From: Phoronis australis
Lineage: Eukaryota > Animalia > Phoronida
DNA length: 64,000 nucleotides
Direction of reading: 5' to 3'
Assembly (NCBI GenBank): GCA_002633005.1
Contig: NMRA01000314.1
Location: forward strand, 282,898-346,897
In this document: positions 26,733-41,412 of the stretch, piece after piece
How the letters are laid out: each line of letters begins with the position of its first letter
Numbering within the stretch: position 1 is the first letter of the stretch
Translations under genes and position numbers: made by a program
The notes under the pieces: generated by a model
Told to the model about the DNA's origin: nothing
Seen by the model: the letters and a program-made list of their open reading frames with translations, nothing else
The model's database searches: none

Positions 26733-29700
26733 ATACATAAGACAAAGACTAAACCTACTAAGTATTTGTTCACCCTCACATCAACAGCAGCAGTACTCAG
26801 TGCCTTCATACTGATGACATCACCATTTCCCAACACACCACCTTAGACCTGACAGATCATGGGTACTCCTCAATGATACCACCAACTTCTGGAAAAACTT
26901 GGTTGCCACTGGCAACACAGAAGCCAGGATCCAGGTGGCCTCATCATTTCAAACACAGCATGACTGAAGCCACCTATCCCCTCCACAACACCCTTGGCAG
27001 CCTGCTACACACATGTTTACACTTGGTAATTAGACACATCATCTGGGCTCCCTTGGACAGTAAGGTTTAATGTAGCCTCTTCATTTACAAGTCAAATATC
27101 AACAAAAGTAATAATACGTGGGGAAAATTGGAATATTTTGAAATTTTTACATGCTTACAGAAAAAACTGAACAATTTTGTACAAAAACAATCACCATGAC
27201 TAGTGACCTTGAACTACACAACCAACGGGCAATTCAAGACATGACTAGCATAGCAGAGCCATCTGGAAAAGGCGCAGTTCAAATGGTTATCAGTGACATG
27301 GTGCCACATCCTCAACTTTAGAGCATAGACACCATAATGCTACTGAAAGCAGTACTACTGGAACCAATGTAGCATGGTGAGGTATTTAACAGCATGAACT
27401 ATGCAAGAGATGGATGCCACTGCCAAAGCACTGTTGTGAATATCGGAGGGGCTAATTTTGCTCCTAACATACTCAGCTGTACATTCTAATGCAGACAAAC
27501 ATTAGCCTTGCGGAAGGAGTCCCGAGATCCCTGTACCTCCCAGAGGGAGTACTGAGTTCCCTCTTACCTGTACTTCCCAAAGGCACTACTCAGAGTTCCC
27601 ATTACCCACTAAGGAACAGTAAAATATTTGTCTCCTAAGCAGCAGATACAACTACAGGTAATTCCATTACACAGCTGGTGCAACTTGACATTACACTGGA
27701 CAGGCAAGGATCACTGCCCTTAATAATTATCACAAGACAGCCAGTTACCCAGGACACCTTCTGAAAGACCCGCCATTACCAGGAAGTATGTTCTCAACAA
27801 CAATAACAAATGACCATTCAGTAAATACAAGATATAAAAAGACATGTCCTACATTGACAGGAGGACTACAATCATGTCGTCAACGTAGTGTTGAAAGCGT
27901 GCAGAACCCATAACTAACACATAACAATGATATTCACTTATTTATATCTAAATCTCCACCAGCTCCAAGTGAAGGACAACTAACAAAACAAGTAAAAATG
28001 TTGAGAAGTCCGCAGTTCACATCTTGCTGCTGTCTTTTTCAGTCGCTGAATAAACTAGGCATGTTGACATAATGCCTGCCACCTGTCACATGACTTAGTA
28101 TTTTCATATCCACCTGAGACACACTTGGACAAAAAACAAATATGTAGATATCTAAAAATAACACGAACCACCTGAATGAGAATTGCAAACAACACCCTCA
28201 CAAAATTCCAGTCTCCACAGTTTCCTCAGCGCAATCACAAAATTCGCTAACATCATCAAATTCATACACAACAAGCTGGTTGAATGCAAGGAGACAGCTA
28301 CAGAACAGAAGAAAATTAATTAGACCTTGACGTAAAATGAGAGCTGAACTGGTTTGCACAATCTCCACAGTGAAAGTCTGCTTTTCTAGTTGTGGTACAG
28401 ACAGTCCATAGAGTGATTGACCTCGATATATGGAATTAATATGAAGGCATTTTTACTGACCGACTCTCACAATCTACCAGTTACCATTTTTGAAGATAAA
28501 AAAAAACAAATTTACTAGACACCACAAAATGCTTAAGAGAAAGAGCTTATAAACTTGTCAATAGGAAAATGATAAAATTGAAAGGATATCAATCCACCAT
28601 TCACCAAGTTCTAACTCCTGCAACAGTTTTCAAAATAAACTGGACAACTCAACCCACAAAACTTCAATGAAATCGCCATTTCTTTTCCAACAGAACCTGT
28701 CTCAATTCTGGCTAAATCTCAACAAAATCCTGAAAGATGGTGCTCCACTCATTTTGGTGAAATCGAACTTTCTTTGAAGTCCATTCATAAATAAACAGTT
28801 ATCAAACTCTGTTCAAGTTTGCCAGAGGCCTACAGGCTCTGTTGCTGACAGTCTTGTTTATTTTGAAAACTATGCAGTAGATATCAGGTGTTGGCCCAGT
28901 CAGGGTCTCAGCCACTGTCATCCAAAGACAAACTGAACATATGAAAGACAAGACAGGGGTAACAAGAGGGATGTATACAAGTTTACAATCCAACAATCAA
29001 ATGACAAACCACCGTGTACTTCCAATTGGGAACTGACCAACAGAATCACCCACGTTTCACAAGGGTTAGAGTCACAAGCTATTCTCCTAGAACCAACACT
29101 AGCCTTTATGGCAACTGTGTTGCACGACACTAATTATCTCCAACAAAGGAGAGCCTGTTGATCCAGCCAGTGAATACTCTTTAGGCATTCAATCCACACA
29201 AGATGCCCATGAGGACCATCCTGGCCATCCTCTGCAGTTACTCCACAGCAAATAAACACTCCAGTATCATCAAAATTGGCCAGGATCTGGATAGTCTACA
29301 CCACAGCAATCCTGCTGCTTTCAAAACAGTTCATAAATTTCCCTTTCAAGTCTAATTAAGGACCCGGCTCTTCTCTCTCCCACTTGCAACAGTTACAAGA
29401 TACACACAATAATTCTCCCACAGTGGACGGGGTTCACCAACTGTCAGAATGTGGACACTAACATCCAAATTTTAGAACTGCTTGACTGACCAGTGTAAGA
29501 CAGTTGTTAACAGATGAAACAACAAAACAAAAGGGAGAGAAGAGAGCTGATGGTTGACCAGAGATTCTGATGGAGAGGTACTACAGAAAATTTGTAATCT
29601 ACTATCCAACCCTTGTTTAATATTTTCTGTCTAACTTCTCTCTACATGTGTCCAGGAGTGGAGCAACAGGGGCTCCAGGGCCATGTGTGCTCATGTATTG

Positions 29701-31701
29701 TTGCCATGGAGGCCAGACCAACCTTGCACATTTATCCTACAGTTGGGCATTTTGCTGGAAATTTTAATTTCTAACAAAACAGTCACAGACAATAAACCAA
29801 CATGAGCATAAAGTTCTACAACTGGGACTAAAACTTTGAATATGTCAATAAAGGGACTTACTACGCAAACAAAAAAGCAAATATTACGGATGAAAGCAGA
29901 CCCCTACATCTGACCACTCTGCTACACATCACAACAGCACCTTATGTCAGCTCTTTGACAACATGCAAAACCAACAAAATTTTGGAAATGTTTAGCCCAG
30001 CCTGCTTATACTCAAAAAGGCTTGTTGTAAACATAGGCATTTACAGGCAGTGCTGACAAATGGATACAGGGTTCTGTTCAATATTCCAGGCGAGATTGTT
30101 GACGTCAATTGGGCTATCTGTGGCTACACTTGGGGGAAATAGACAAGAAGAAATATGTTATGTTGAGAAAGCCATGCAATCAATAGAGCAGACCAGCTCT
30201 CTTTTAACACAGCTCAGAGAATGATGCTATTAATACCAGGTTATGAAGCTGGTGTTTGTTCTAAAAACAGTCAACATGGTGAGAACATGCAAAACCAGAT
30301 GGGAAAGAAAATACCAGAAAATGAACTGCACTTGTTGGACAAGACTATGTGAACATTATGTATTGCAACGTTTTGTAACTATTTTAGATTTTTATGCTAG
30401 ATGAAAATGTTATCAGCTTCCTAATTATATTAGCAGAATTGATCATCATGGAACAGGCATTAGTCAAACTTAGATTCACCAATGCACTTTTAAGAATGAA
30501 AAGAGCAAGACAGAACATTGATATATGCGCCCACCATTGCACCTGAAGGGTGATATTCTAGGGCTATTTATTAGTATCATAAAAATGACCATTAGATGGA
30601 CCAGAATATGTCAAGCATGTCTAAAAATGGAAAGGTGGCTTCTGCCAAATAGAAAGCTGTGAATGAAATTTGATAAAAATCAGTTACGGAACAAAGATTA
30701 CAGGAGCAAACATTGAAAAAATTGACATCACAAAGTGGTGAAGTGGTCATCTGACTTGTCCACGTGTTGTGAAGTTCATAGGAATGCACTTGCCAAACGT
30801 CCCAAAGATCTTGCAAGGGGGGGAGATGACTTTATCGAATTTCTTGAAAAACAAAGAAGTCTAACTTTACATAGGCAAAAGTGAAAACTAAAATTGCCTC
30901 TAGGAGACGCAGTAGTAGTCAGAGCTGTTCAAAAGTCGTGGGCAGTTGTCACGTTCCCAGGATAATACTTGAAGGTCGAAAGTGGTCACAGCAGCTGTAT
31001 AGCTCAGGTTAACGGACCATGTAAGAGTAAGTGTCCACTCACAACTTCCCGAAACTTGTGGTTTAAGAGACCCACCTCCCCTATTTCTAGGCTTACCGAG
31101 GACGTTAACCTGGAACGTACGTGCGCGTTTACACACATCACAGAATTCTCAGAACAAAAGCTAATTAAATGTAAATGTCACAAAGACAACACAATTATTA
31201 AATAAACATGGGCATTTTTTAATACTGGGTGTACACTACAGCTGTGATGTGACAACACAGAGTGAAATTAACCTGCAACATTAACTCTTGATCTTAAATG
31301 TCCTCAGGTCCATGAACACCACTAGTGATTGATCACATGACTACAGTGACTGGCAGAAATCCTGCCTTAAATCCCACCCACTACTAATTGGGTCAAGCTG
31401 AAATCACTAGCATCAAACAGGAATAAATCAAATTAGCAGAGAGAATCTTTCTGTCGAAGTTATCAATCAACTCCCTTCACTCCACAGTTTACCAGGAGAT
31501 AGGAAAACAAACTTCCACTATTAAAAAACAACAACAAAGGGTTCTAACCCAAAGCAATAGTTTTGAAAGGTGGCGCTCATGGAGGGGGGTGGGTGGGTTA
31601 AGAGGTTAAAATATAAAACAACTCAAGCTAATCTGACAACCAAAAGACTGTCCATTGAGAAATGATTTGTAAAGAAAAGGTTGGATGACTAAATCCCTTG
31701 A

Positions 31702-32222
31702 TAAATAATAATAACAATAATAAACTTTATTTATAGACGATAAAATACAATAGATATAAATATGTTTTAGCCAAAGGCTAATGTACAGCATGGTCCTCTG
31801 TAGCAAAAATTAAATTAAATAAATCAAGATAGATAAATAAATAAAATAAATTAAGTTACAATAAATCAAACAGTATTTACAAATTGGATTTACAGACTTA
31901 ATTAAAAATAAATAAATAAGCAAATAAATAAAAACTTTTATATGGTATGTACATTGGAGCGACAAAAAGGAGAGGCAGCTATGACGACCATAGGTACCTA
32001 ATGAGTAAGTATCTGAAATGATCGTAACGATCAGCCTCCTTTAGACTGTTTGGCAAGTTATTCCACTGTTGAAAATAGCCTAAATAAAGGACTTAGAATA
32101 AAACGAAGTTCTGTGTTTAGGCAAAACCAAATTGTTTGAGGTAGAAAATCTTCTCCTGATTTGGTGGCTACTTCGAACAAGTACGAAGTTACGAAATAAA
32201 TAAGTTGGTTTGTTACTATTCC
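31702..32222 (-). mobile_element. 5'-truncated LINE (CR1/L2-group) 3' end
   Basis: Minus-strand translation with a stop and frameshift gives PTYLFRNF...SHQIRRRF..NLVLPKHRTSFYSKSF*A/..QQWNNLPNSLK, typical of the CR1/L2 ORF2 C-terminus. It is followed by a UTR ending aataaagtt(tat)n. Confidence 0.75.
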
Positions 32223-32534
32223 AAGAATCAGTATTGGTCTATTCTAAGAATCAGTGAAGTTTCAGTGACAATAGCAGTCTCAAGCTTTAATGACCAGTGA
32301 CAGGGACATTGATTGCAGAGTCAATGACCTTCACATCTAAATATTGCCTGGCTTTATCAACTATCAAATTTGATTACTTGATGCATGATTAACAACAAAT
32401 AATTACACATTCAAATATTGATAAAATCAAATAAACCAATATCACATTATCAAGCAATTGCTTGGCAAACTTTATGTCTGGGCAACAGGCTGTTACGCAC
32501 TTAGAGAAATGAATAAATGAAAGATTATTACTGA

Positions 32535-32650
32535 AAAATGATGAGAATGATGGGGCTGGTGGTGGTGATGATGGTAGTGATGATGGTGCAGGTGGTGGTG
32601 GAGGTGGTGGTGGTGAGGTGGTGGTGAGATGGTTAGAGTAATGGTTGGTG
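32535..32650. repeat. (GGT/GAT)n imperfect trinucleotide repeat
   Basis: Directly visible; gives the poly-Pro and poly-His spurious ORFs. Confidence 0.9.
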
Positions 32651-34810
32651 AAATAGAATGACAAATGATGGCAATGACTGTGGTGACAACAACGATCAAA
32701 AACATACTTGTACAGTAAAAGATAAATCAACAAAAGTGCATTGAGGAATCCGTCAATAAAAGAGCAATCATCTAATCAGAAAATCTAGACTAACTGAAAA
32801 CCAAAGGGTGGCAGTGACAAAGTGATAGCGCATGCCAGATCAGCCTTTGACAAGATATATTTACAGATTGAAATACACAAGATTCCTTCAAACTCTGCAA
32901 ATTATTATATAAAAAATGTCGGTCATAGTTTTGAAACCAAACAGCTCCTAATTCTGCCGTCTTGTGCCTGGATCTTCACAAAAATCAATAGGTTTCTAAA
33001 ATTACTGTGATAGAAATTCTGCACGCATTTAGGTTAGTTTAGAAATGAGCCTGGAATCCTGCAAACAATATGTGGCAGACGATTAACACTGAACTGTAAG
33101 GGCTCTGAGGAGCGACGCTTGGCGCCAAAGCACTCATTAAAAAATGGCTGCCACAATGCCACCTTGTGTCCGATTTTGCCCAAAAGCAATAAGCCGTGGA
33201 ATATGTCATTGTCATTCAAAAGAAAAATGCAACCAATATGATAGGCCATAAAAGTGCAGCAAGATCTATCTACCAAATTTCAGAAAGATCAAGGGACACG
33301 CAAGATATGGAATGAGAAATCAAGTAATTAAATACATGTAGCTGTCATCGGAAAATATTGAATACTTGACAACAGTACTGTAAGTTGTAGTGAAAAATGC
33401 ATGGCATAGTTCAGTTAGTACTTGATGACATCTATCCTGATGACATCTATCCACATAACAAATTTCTAACAGCAGAATTATGGTACCACAAAATGGAAAA
33501 TCGGAAATGGCTGCCTTACCGACATCTTACATCCAATATCAACCAAAAATGAGGCCTCGATATATTTACAGGACATGCGTGGTGTGACAATTTCATGCCA
33601 ACTAGACGAGAAATGCGACCTGTAGCATGTGAACAAAAACTTTAAGAGACTTGGCGAAAAATTTCGTCCAGTAATAATGCTCTCCTGGTAGCAAACTTAA
33701 CTTTCGTGAAGCTATCTCAAAGGACACCAGAAAGAGGCCACGAGAAATCTACCAATAAAAGAGAAGTTTAGCAAACAAAGAAACAGAAAGAGAAACAAAC
33801 ATTCCATCACAGAGTAGTAGAGGTGGCAAAACATTTGATACTAAACAATTACATGTTAGGAGAGATGAAATCAACAACATTCTAATACACACACTGACTA
33901 GTAAATTAACCAGGAGTCAATCTAGGAGAATTCCTTGCACTAAGAATATTGAAAAGGTGAGATTTAATTCTCCAAAACAAAACACCAACTGTGTACTTTT
34001 CAGCTTGTCAGTACTGCAGTACTCTGTGATAAACACGTGTGTTGTGTGTGCATGTGGGCGCGTGTGTGTACTGGTGCTGTGGAATTAATTTCAATTATGT
34101 TTAAAATGTCTAACATGTGTGAACTGCTTTAGAATTCCCAGTGAAGTTATTAATACCCATAATGCATCCTCCAGCATGTTTCAGCCACTGCGAATGTTGC
34201 CAGTGAGTAGGCATCCAACACTCCAAGAAAGTATCTTTAATAATCATGCCAGAAATATCACAAATACCCAAAGTTAAACATGCTTTGGGGCAACCATGAC
34301 AACAACAATCACAGCGAAACAAGAAAAAAATTATATAACCTTTGTTTAATTTAATGAGCATGACTATTGACTTAGTCAAAATTATTAACAGTTATTACCA
34401 TAAGATTATCAAAGTAAAAAGACCTGTTTCTGCCATTAATATAACAACAACAATGTTATAATGAGTGCCATATTTCAAAAGTCCTAACAGTGATATTATA
34501 CTACTTAAAACTGATCTAGACATTAGTTATGGTAAACTAGGCAAGTTATGGTAAACATTATACAATATGGCAGAAAGGTGAAATTTCATTTTGTCAAAAT
34601 CCTCAACAAAAATAATTTTTCAACAAAATCTACTTTTTATGGCATAGCTATCACGTTTGGTAAAATTTCGGAGAATTTGCAACAATGTGACAAGCCTTTG
34701 AAAAATAGAAATGGGCAATTTTAGCATTTATTTTTGTCCCCAATCGAAAAACATTACCGTAAATACCAACATGGCCACATTTCTGCTATAACAGATATAT
34801 ATATATGACA

Positions 34811-34887
34811 AGTGTATAACGAGTGTATAACAGGTGTATAACGGGTGTATAACGGGAGTATAACATGTGTATAACGGGTGTATAACA
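34811..34887. repeat. 11-bp tandem repeat (gtgtataacgg)n, about 7 copies
   Basis: Directly visible. Confidence 0.9.
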
Positions 34888-35674
34888 GCCCTCATAACTC
34901 AACACGATTTTGACACGACAAATCTTTGAGTTATATTTAAAATGGACAGTATTGGTTTTAGGACCAAAAATGCATTTTGGGAATAATTATTGTATGATAC
35001 TAACTTCTTGACGTTAATAGGCTATAAAACAACAAAAGTTGTGGTGCTTTTGTGATTTGGGTACAAATCGCCGTTATCTAACACAAGACATTCACTGATA
35101 TCAAAGTTGGTGACTTTACCAGCTAAAGTGATTAAGGCACTCTGCTATTCATTAAGTGGGGTTAAACTACGCCAGCAAAGCACTAGACTGCAATCGTGCG
35201 GAGAGCAGATTCGATTCCACGCTGAAGCTGATCTCAGAAAAACACTTTTCTTTTTAGAATGAAGCACATTATAGGAGACTTATATTATGGAACGCAAGAA
35301 AGATATCAAAGGTTCCATTGAAAGGACTGTTAGTCGATGACATTAAAAATGGACGTAAGTATTGACAAATTTTGATGAAAAGTTAGAAATGATGAATGGA
35401 GGGCACAGCTGACAAAAGGAGACACATTCTCCTGGTTTTCATGGTTGTTCTCGCATGCATGCGGTTTATGTGAATCTGCTCACAATAATGAACTACTGAC
35501 AACTCCCCGACCATCACTTGTTATAGACTGACTGAGCCGGACCATAATACAACCATCATTCGTTGTGACTGCCAGCTTCACAGAACTCACTTTAAGAGTA
35601 CACATCTCATTAAGAAAGTATATTTCTAACTATTGCTAACTTACTTCCCACTATAAACACGCATAATAATTAGT

Positions 35675-35751
35675 TATGTCGACCACTGCACAGCACTCGT
35701 CCACCTTAAGTATGTCGACCACTGCACAGCACAGCACTCGTCCACCTTAAG
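35675..35751. repeat. Tandem duplication of about 36 bp (tatgtcgaccactgcacagcactcgtccaccttaag)
   Basis: Two adjacent copies; the second has an extra acagc. Confidence 0.85.
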
Positions 35752-36328
35752 TTCAAACGCAGCAAACTATACATAACCTACAGCAACATCAGTTACACCA
35801 TCACAGGAAACATACACATTAATTGTCATTTTATTAAAAACCAAGAACACCTCAATTCACAATGGTCTCCTTAGAGTTTGGTCCAAACAATCATATTTGA
35901 TGCTACACAAACCCCAAGCCAGACAAGACACAGGCGACACCTATTGCCTAACTCTCAAACTAACAAGACAACAGACACATGCAGGCACTCACACACATGC
36001 ACATACATTCCTTATTTTAACACAGACAATTCATGTTTCAGTTCACAATGACGACTCTTTACAGTCTGGACAACACCATTCTACTTGACATTCATATTCA
36101 AAAACAGTCCCAGTCAGTCTTCACTCAAGAGACATCTATTGTCTATCTCTCACACGCACGCACGCACGCACACACACACACACACAGTGTCATTATTGGT
36201 TGACACCAAGAAAGATTCGGCTCACACAATGATGCCTTCCTTAACAGTAAGAACAACACTGTATTCATGACACCAGCTAATTAAGACACAAGCCCCACCT
36301 ATTGTCCACTAGCCAAACAAATGCCTAC

Positions 36329-36485
36329 CTTCCAAGAACTGAATACGCCTTCACTGGTCAGTCTTTGCTCAGACCTTGGCTTGATCCTGGACATCTCGGG
36401 GGTAGTGGGGGCTGCCAGAGGTTGACGGGGACTGTCACTCTTGGTCTGCGCACCGATCTTACGCACGGGGTTAGTCAGCCATTTC
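36329..36485 (-). CDS. TRIO: Trio exon with conserved RKWLTNPVRK motif (...RLTSEGVFSSWK)
   Basis: Acceptor ttgcccag|G, donor AAG|gtaggc; 157 nt, phase 2 to 0. Motif resembles Trio/Kalirin RKWLTSPVRR. Confidence 0.9.
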
Positions 36486-38089
36486 CTGGGCAAGCAACAG
36501 ATACGCAATGATGCAACAAAACCTTATGAAGAGTAAAACTGTATGAAGAGAGCATGAACTACACTTCATGCTGCTACCAGCCGTATTATATTTCCATAAA
36601 AACATTGGCGGAAAGTAAAAAAGCACGCGATGTCAAGATAAAAATAGCGGCCATTAAGATGAAGCGATAGGAGTATCATGTGTAAATTGAAGGTCTCATC
36701 ACAGCTCAGTGGCTTGTACAAATCAGCATTAGACAGTGAACGCAGTTCTACACAGATAGCTCAGTACTACACAGATAGCGTTGATAGCAAAATGCACCCT
36801 GGAATGCTCATTTCCTTGAAAACTGTGGTCAAAACAGAATTGTGAAACTGAAGCACAGCTTGTTTTATAATTTAGTGGAAAACATCTCTGCAGCATCTAA
36901 AGATACAATAAGATATGATGCGAAAAGTATTCGAATTTAGCTAACTTCGGAACACCATAACACAGAAATGGCTGATCGGATTCAGACTTTTAGATACTAT
37001 GCTCAATACATTGTTCTCTAAAACATTAATAGGAATTTTTATTAAAATGTTCTTCTTTTGCATAAAAAAGCTACCAAAATTAGGACTTCTACTATGTTAC
37101 TAAAAATGTCAAAACTTTAACAAGACGAAAACAAAACAATAATTTAGAAAATTGCAACCGTTATCTTAAACATTTATATCAAACAAAGTTTGGTTATTGA
37201 TCTGACTTTCTCCTATGAACGTATCTTTCTTTTTCCGATTTTTCCAAAGACATGTTCAATTAAATGTACTGGGTTTCTACTTTCAGAAAATAGACTTTTA
37301 CAATGTTAAAATTTAGATATATAGCTATATACATAGATATGTTAATAAAGTTTCCACACAACAGTTCAAATCCATGCTATAAAAATAATTACAGGGCGTC
37401 TCCCAAATCAAGCATTTAAGGAAACCATATATGCTAAGGGTCAACTATATCTATGGTACTTGGAATGCCACAAATGGATAAACTCATGATTCTCAGTAAT
37501 ATGTACTATTTACAAATCAACAACTGGATAAATGGAAATGACATTTTTTAAAACACTTCATTCAAAACTAACTTTGATATCACTTGCTCTAAGTAAATGA
37601 GTCATTCCATCAGACTACTAATCAGATATTACATAATCCATAACGATGACTCCATTTAAACTAATCCATAGATTTCAAACAACAGTGGCTAAGTCCGACA
37701 AGAGGAAAATGTTAGGTGTGCTTCGACAAAGATTCGGACTATCAATTTCTAAGACGGACGTGTTCAAGCCCATCAACTGCAGGTTCCAATGCTCGCAGAT
37801 CTAACTTCAAGAACTGGTAAACGTATAGAGATGACATAGTGGAAACGAGGAGTATAAGAATATGATTTCAGTTTCTTTGAATCATTGTAAATCTGAACCA
37901 GTGCTGTCTAAAAAAGGTCTGTCGCCACGTCAAAAGTCACTTTGCCGAATGAGTTATCGAAGCATAAAGTACAAATCCGTTTTCATTTGAATAAATATTT
38001 TACAGCGACCAGCATTAATTATAGACCAGAACAGAAGAGAGTTGATCAGCCGCCGAGAGTTAGAGAAGTGACACGTGAACACAACTTAC

Positions 38090-38201
38090 CTGAAACTGCT
38101 GCTCCTACGTTTGATGTGTGGAGATGGTAAGACGCCGCCGTGATTATGTAGAGAATTTGACGAGGTGTGCGGACTGGGATCAGTGGAGGCAGTCAATGAC
38201 T
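38090..38201 (-). CDS. TRIO: Trio exon, Ser-rich linker ((E)SLTASTDPSPHTSSNSLHNHGGVLPSPHIKRRSSSF(R))
   Basis: Acceptor ctattttag|AG, donor TTCAG|gtaagt; 112 nt, phase 1 to 2. It bridges the SH3 exon and the RKWLT exon exactly. Confidence 0.88.
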
Positions 38202-39664
38202 CTAAAATAGAACGCATACAGCGCTGATTAATTTAGGCAACATCGAGGTAGTGAGCTACGCTGAGAAGTTAAACCATACAAGAAATACCCTCCAATGGTC
38301 TTCAGATGTGTCGGACACTTTACGTCGTGTTTTCAGACCACCATCCGCATGGAAAACTCTAGCCAATCATTACCATTGGATGTGAACAACCTTGGCTCAC
38401 ATTAAAAAAGTTGCATAACACATCTAAGCCAGAAGTGAATTACATATGGAAGATATTTGACTATAAGTGCACAACCATGGCCAGAGGAAGTTGCTTGTGT
38501 TTGCACGACATAATTAATAGCACGCCATTAAAGTCAAAGTTGAAAATACTAAGGAAATGACTTGCACAATGGCCACAGTTGGGATTTACAATTTCCTCCA
38601 GTTTCAGTTTACAATTCCTACCTACCCCAGGCACTCTGCACTAAGTGAGATTGGGTATGCCTACAGAGACCCACAAATAATACACAATTTCAAACTTGTC
38701 CATAAGCATCAAAAAGGATAGCACAGATGTGGAAAACGAATTCAATTCCAGAAACAAGAACCATCACGTCCACCACATACTATGGTATCAACACCAGACC
38801 AAAGACAACAAAGACTTGTCAACACATTCTCTTCATGTACAATTTCATAATCAACTGTCCTATACCACAAGTTGGTGAACCGACATCTCTTTTTAAACTT
38901 AACAGTCATTGCAATTTTCAGGTTGAAATACGACATGTCTGATTTTGTTACAGCTTTCAACCAATTCCGATCGTCATTTATAAATACAAAGTCATATAAA
39001 TAGATAGTGTTTGATAGGACTGATTTAGGCTTTTTTAACTTAAATTGTTGAAACTGACGAACGCAAAATCAAAATAAAGCAGATTTGTCGTTGAAGTACT
39101 TGGCCCTCCACTGTCAAACTTCTTGTCAAGTCGGATCATGCAAGCACTGCCAAAAAAAATGTTTTTGCTGTTCAAAAGTAAAAGAAATTCGACTCAGTAA
39201 ATAAACAAAGTATTAAACAAAATATGTTCAAATCCAAAGAAAGGAAAGCTGTGGCAGAGTTATCAACATATATTAAAAGTAGTCAATATATAGTTGATAG
39301 CAAGAGACCTTTCAAGTAGCTTAGCACTTTGAGGCGAGGTCTGAATGCACTTATTGGGACAAATTAAAAAAGATGAAAGAATACTCTAACCAGTTGCCTT
39401 GGCAACGGTTTGCTTAATATCATTGAAAGTTGCAATAGACTGACACAGAGAAGTCATTGATCACAGACTGTTGATTAGAAGGTGTAATAAGACAGTGTTA
39501 ATCACTGGCACCTTATGATCATAACAGGCAGTACATTACCAATGAATTCCATGACTGATTAATGACCACACTATATGCACTCATAGACTGATAAAACAGA
39601 CAGAACCACAAACACAACCCACAACACCCACTTCATCACATTACCCACATCACTCACACCATTA

Positions 39665-39740
39665 CATAACCCACAACACCCACAACACCCACACACACAC
39701 ACACACACACATACACACACACACACACACACACANCACT
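39665..39740. repeat. (CA)n microsatellite with single N at 39736
   Basis: Directly visible; a smaller CA/CACG run is at 36150-36186. Confidence 0.95.
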
Positions 39741-39817
39741 CTGTGCGTGCCAATGAATGCTATGCCAGTACAGCCCACAAAAGAAAACCTGTCTGTATGT
39801 AACCCCAACTGACAGTC

Positions 39818-39978
39818 ACTTCAGGCCTACCCCACTTTTGTGGCCACACAATGATTACAAGTAGCGCAAGTTAACCTGGAACAAGTTACCCCACCTCAAT
39901 AATGTGGAGTAAGTTGTCACAAGAGGGGGTAAGTTGTACTAGTTTAAATAGCCTTCACACAGCCCTCAAACCTAACAA
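39818..39978. mobile_element. Dispersed repeat fragment, inverted homologue of about 16775-16938 (and 18983-19145)
   Basis: acttcaggcctaccccacttttgtggccacacaatgattacaagt...cagccctcaaacctaac is the diverged reverse complement of gttaggctttcagggctg...gtgtggctgcaaaagtggggtaggcggaagt. Confidence 0.7.
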
Positions 39979-41412
39979 CAACTCGTTCCAGGAGTGACTT
40001 GTTCTAGGGCAAGTCTATGCATGGACGGCACTTATAGGGCGGCAAAACTCTAATTACAGAATGGCTTAGTCACTTTACTAACTACAAGAAGTCTACTCCA
40101 CCCAAGATAATCCCAATATGCCTTTTTCGACTACAAAACTGAATAATGTGAATTTAACTAGTTCCACTTAAAAATACGCCCATGGGCATAATTTCGGTAA
40201 CTATTTGCATGTTTTGAAAGTCTGATGGATTGCTCTAAAATAATTATGATAATGTTTTGATGTAAAATTTCATTTCTTTGGATAAGGCATATTTAAATTT
40301 GGGATTGTGATTTCCATGGTGACCATCAATTAACAAGATATTGGGTGACTTTATAGGTAGCTAACTATCCTAGTACACTATGAAAAAACATTTTAATGAC
40401 AGTTTCCAAAACAATATGCCAGCCAGCCATATATTCGGTTTCATTTCACATTCTTGAAGGGTCATTTTTTGAATATCCACCCAAGTGCCTATTTTCAGAA
40501 ATTACTGGTGTTTGCCACCAACAGGGAACATATAGGCCAGGTCAGACAATTAGTCAAGCCAGCATAACACAGTCCCCAGGATGTAGTCTTCCTGTGTGCA
40601 GAGGTCATGTCAGTCCTTGGCCTTATTTTCCAGTAAACACATTTCCTTCATCAATAAAAATCTGTTTGTTTTTCCAATTTACCAGCTAATCAGATAGAGT
40701 AATTGTCAATTTGCAGCCACAACTGACTTGCTCTCATATTACAAACTAATCAAATTGAGAAGTAAATAAAAAGATTGAAAAGATAAATGAAGTAGTGTTG
40801 ACTTGATAGTTTAGTGCAGGACCTCAAACCCTATTAACAGCCTAAGCGGAATTCTGTAATAAAGGCTTTTTAGAGGGCTGGACTGATCAGTCTAAAACTC
40901 CGCATGGCCCAAGATCTGAGCCCAATGGTTCAATTGCTTCGCCTTTCAGCATGAAGCTGTCACTCGTATATTTTTGTAGACCTTCAAAAAATCTTGAAAA
41001 ATCTCATTTTCCAACCCCATGTCCTTATCTAGGCTGATACTTAAAAAATGTGAGGCTGGACTCGCTTCGGCATCACTCTAAACACGAAGATTTTCAAGTT
41101 TTGGCGTTGCTGTGCAGTTCTGCAAATTATCATTTGAGATGAGGTACTGTGCCCAATTCTCGCCCAGGGTAAAGTTGTTAACTATTTCATTGTTTCCATG
41201 CTAAAAAATCAGTGTCGCCCCGTCGTTGTTAAGAACCAAGTACACCCTTGACTGTCTGTGTTCTTCATTGTAAAGCCACGGGTTTGTCGTGACCTTCAAA
41301 CTCAACGAATTATTAAGCGTGGATTTGTATCAACATCATCTTTGTTTCATCTCCTCTTCAAACTAGTGACACCTACAGGTACCAGATATAACTATACTTG
41401 TTCTGGAGAATA

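Noticed and set aside
32389-32733. Poly-Pro / poly-His ORFs
   Set aside because: Produced by a (GGT/GAT)n microsatellite.
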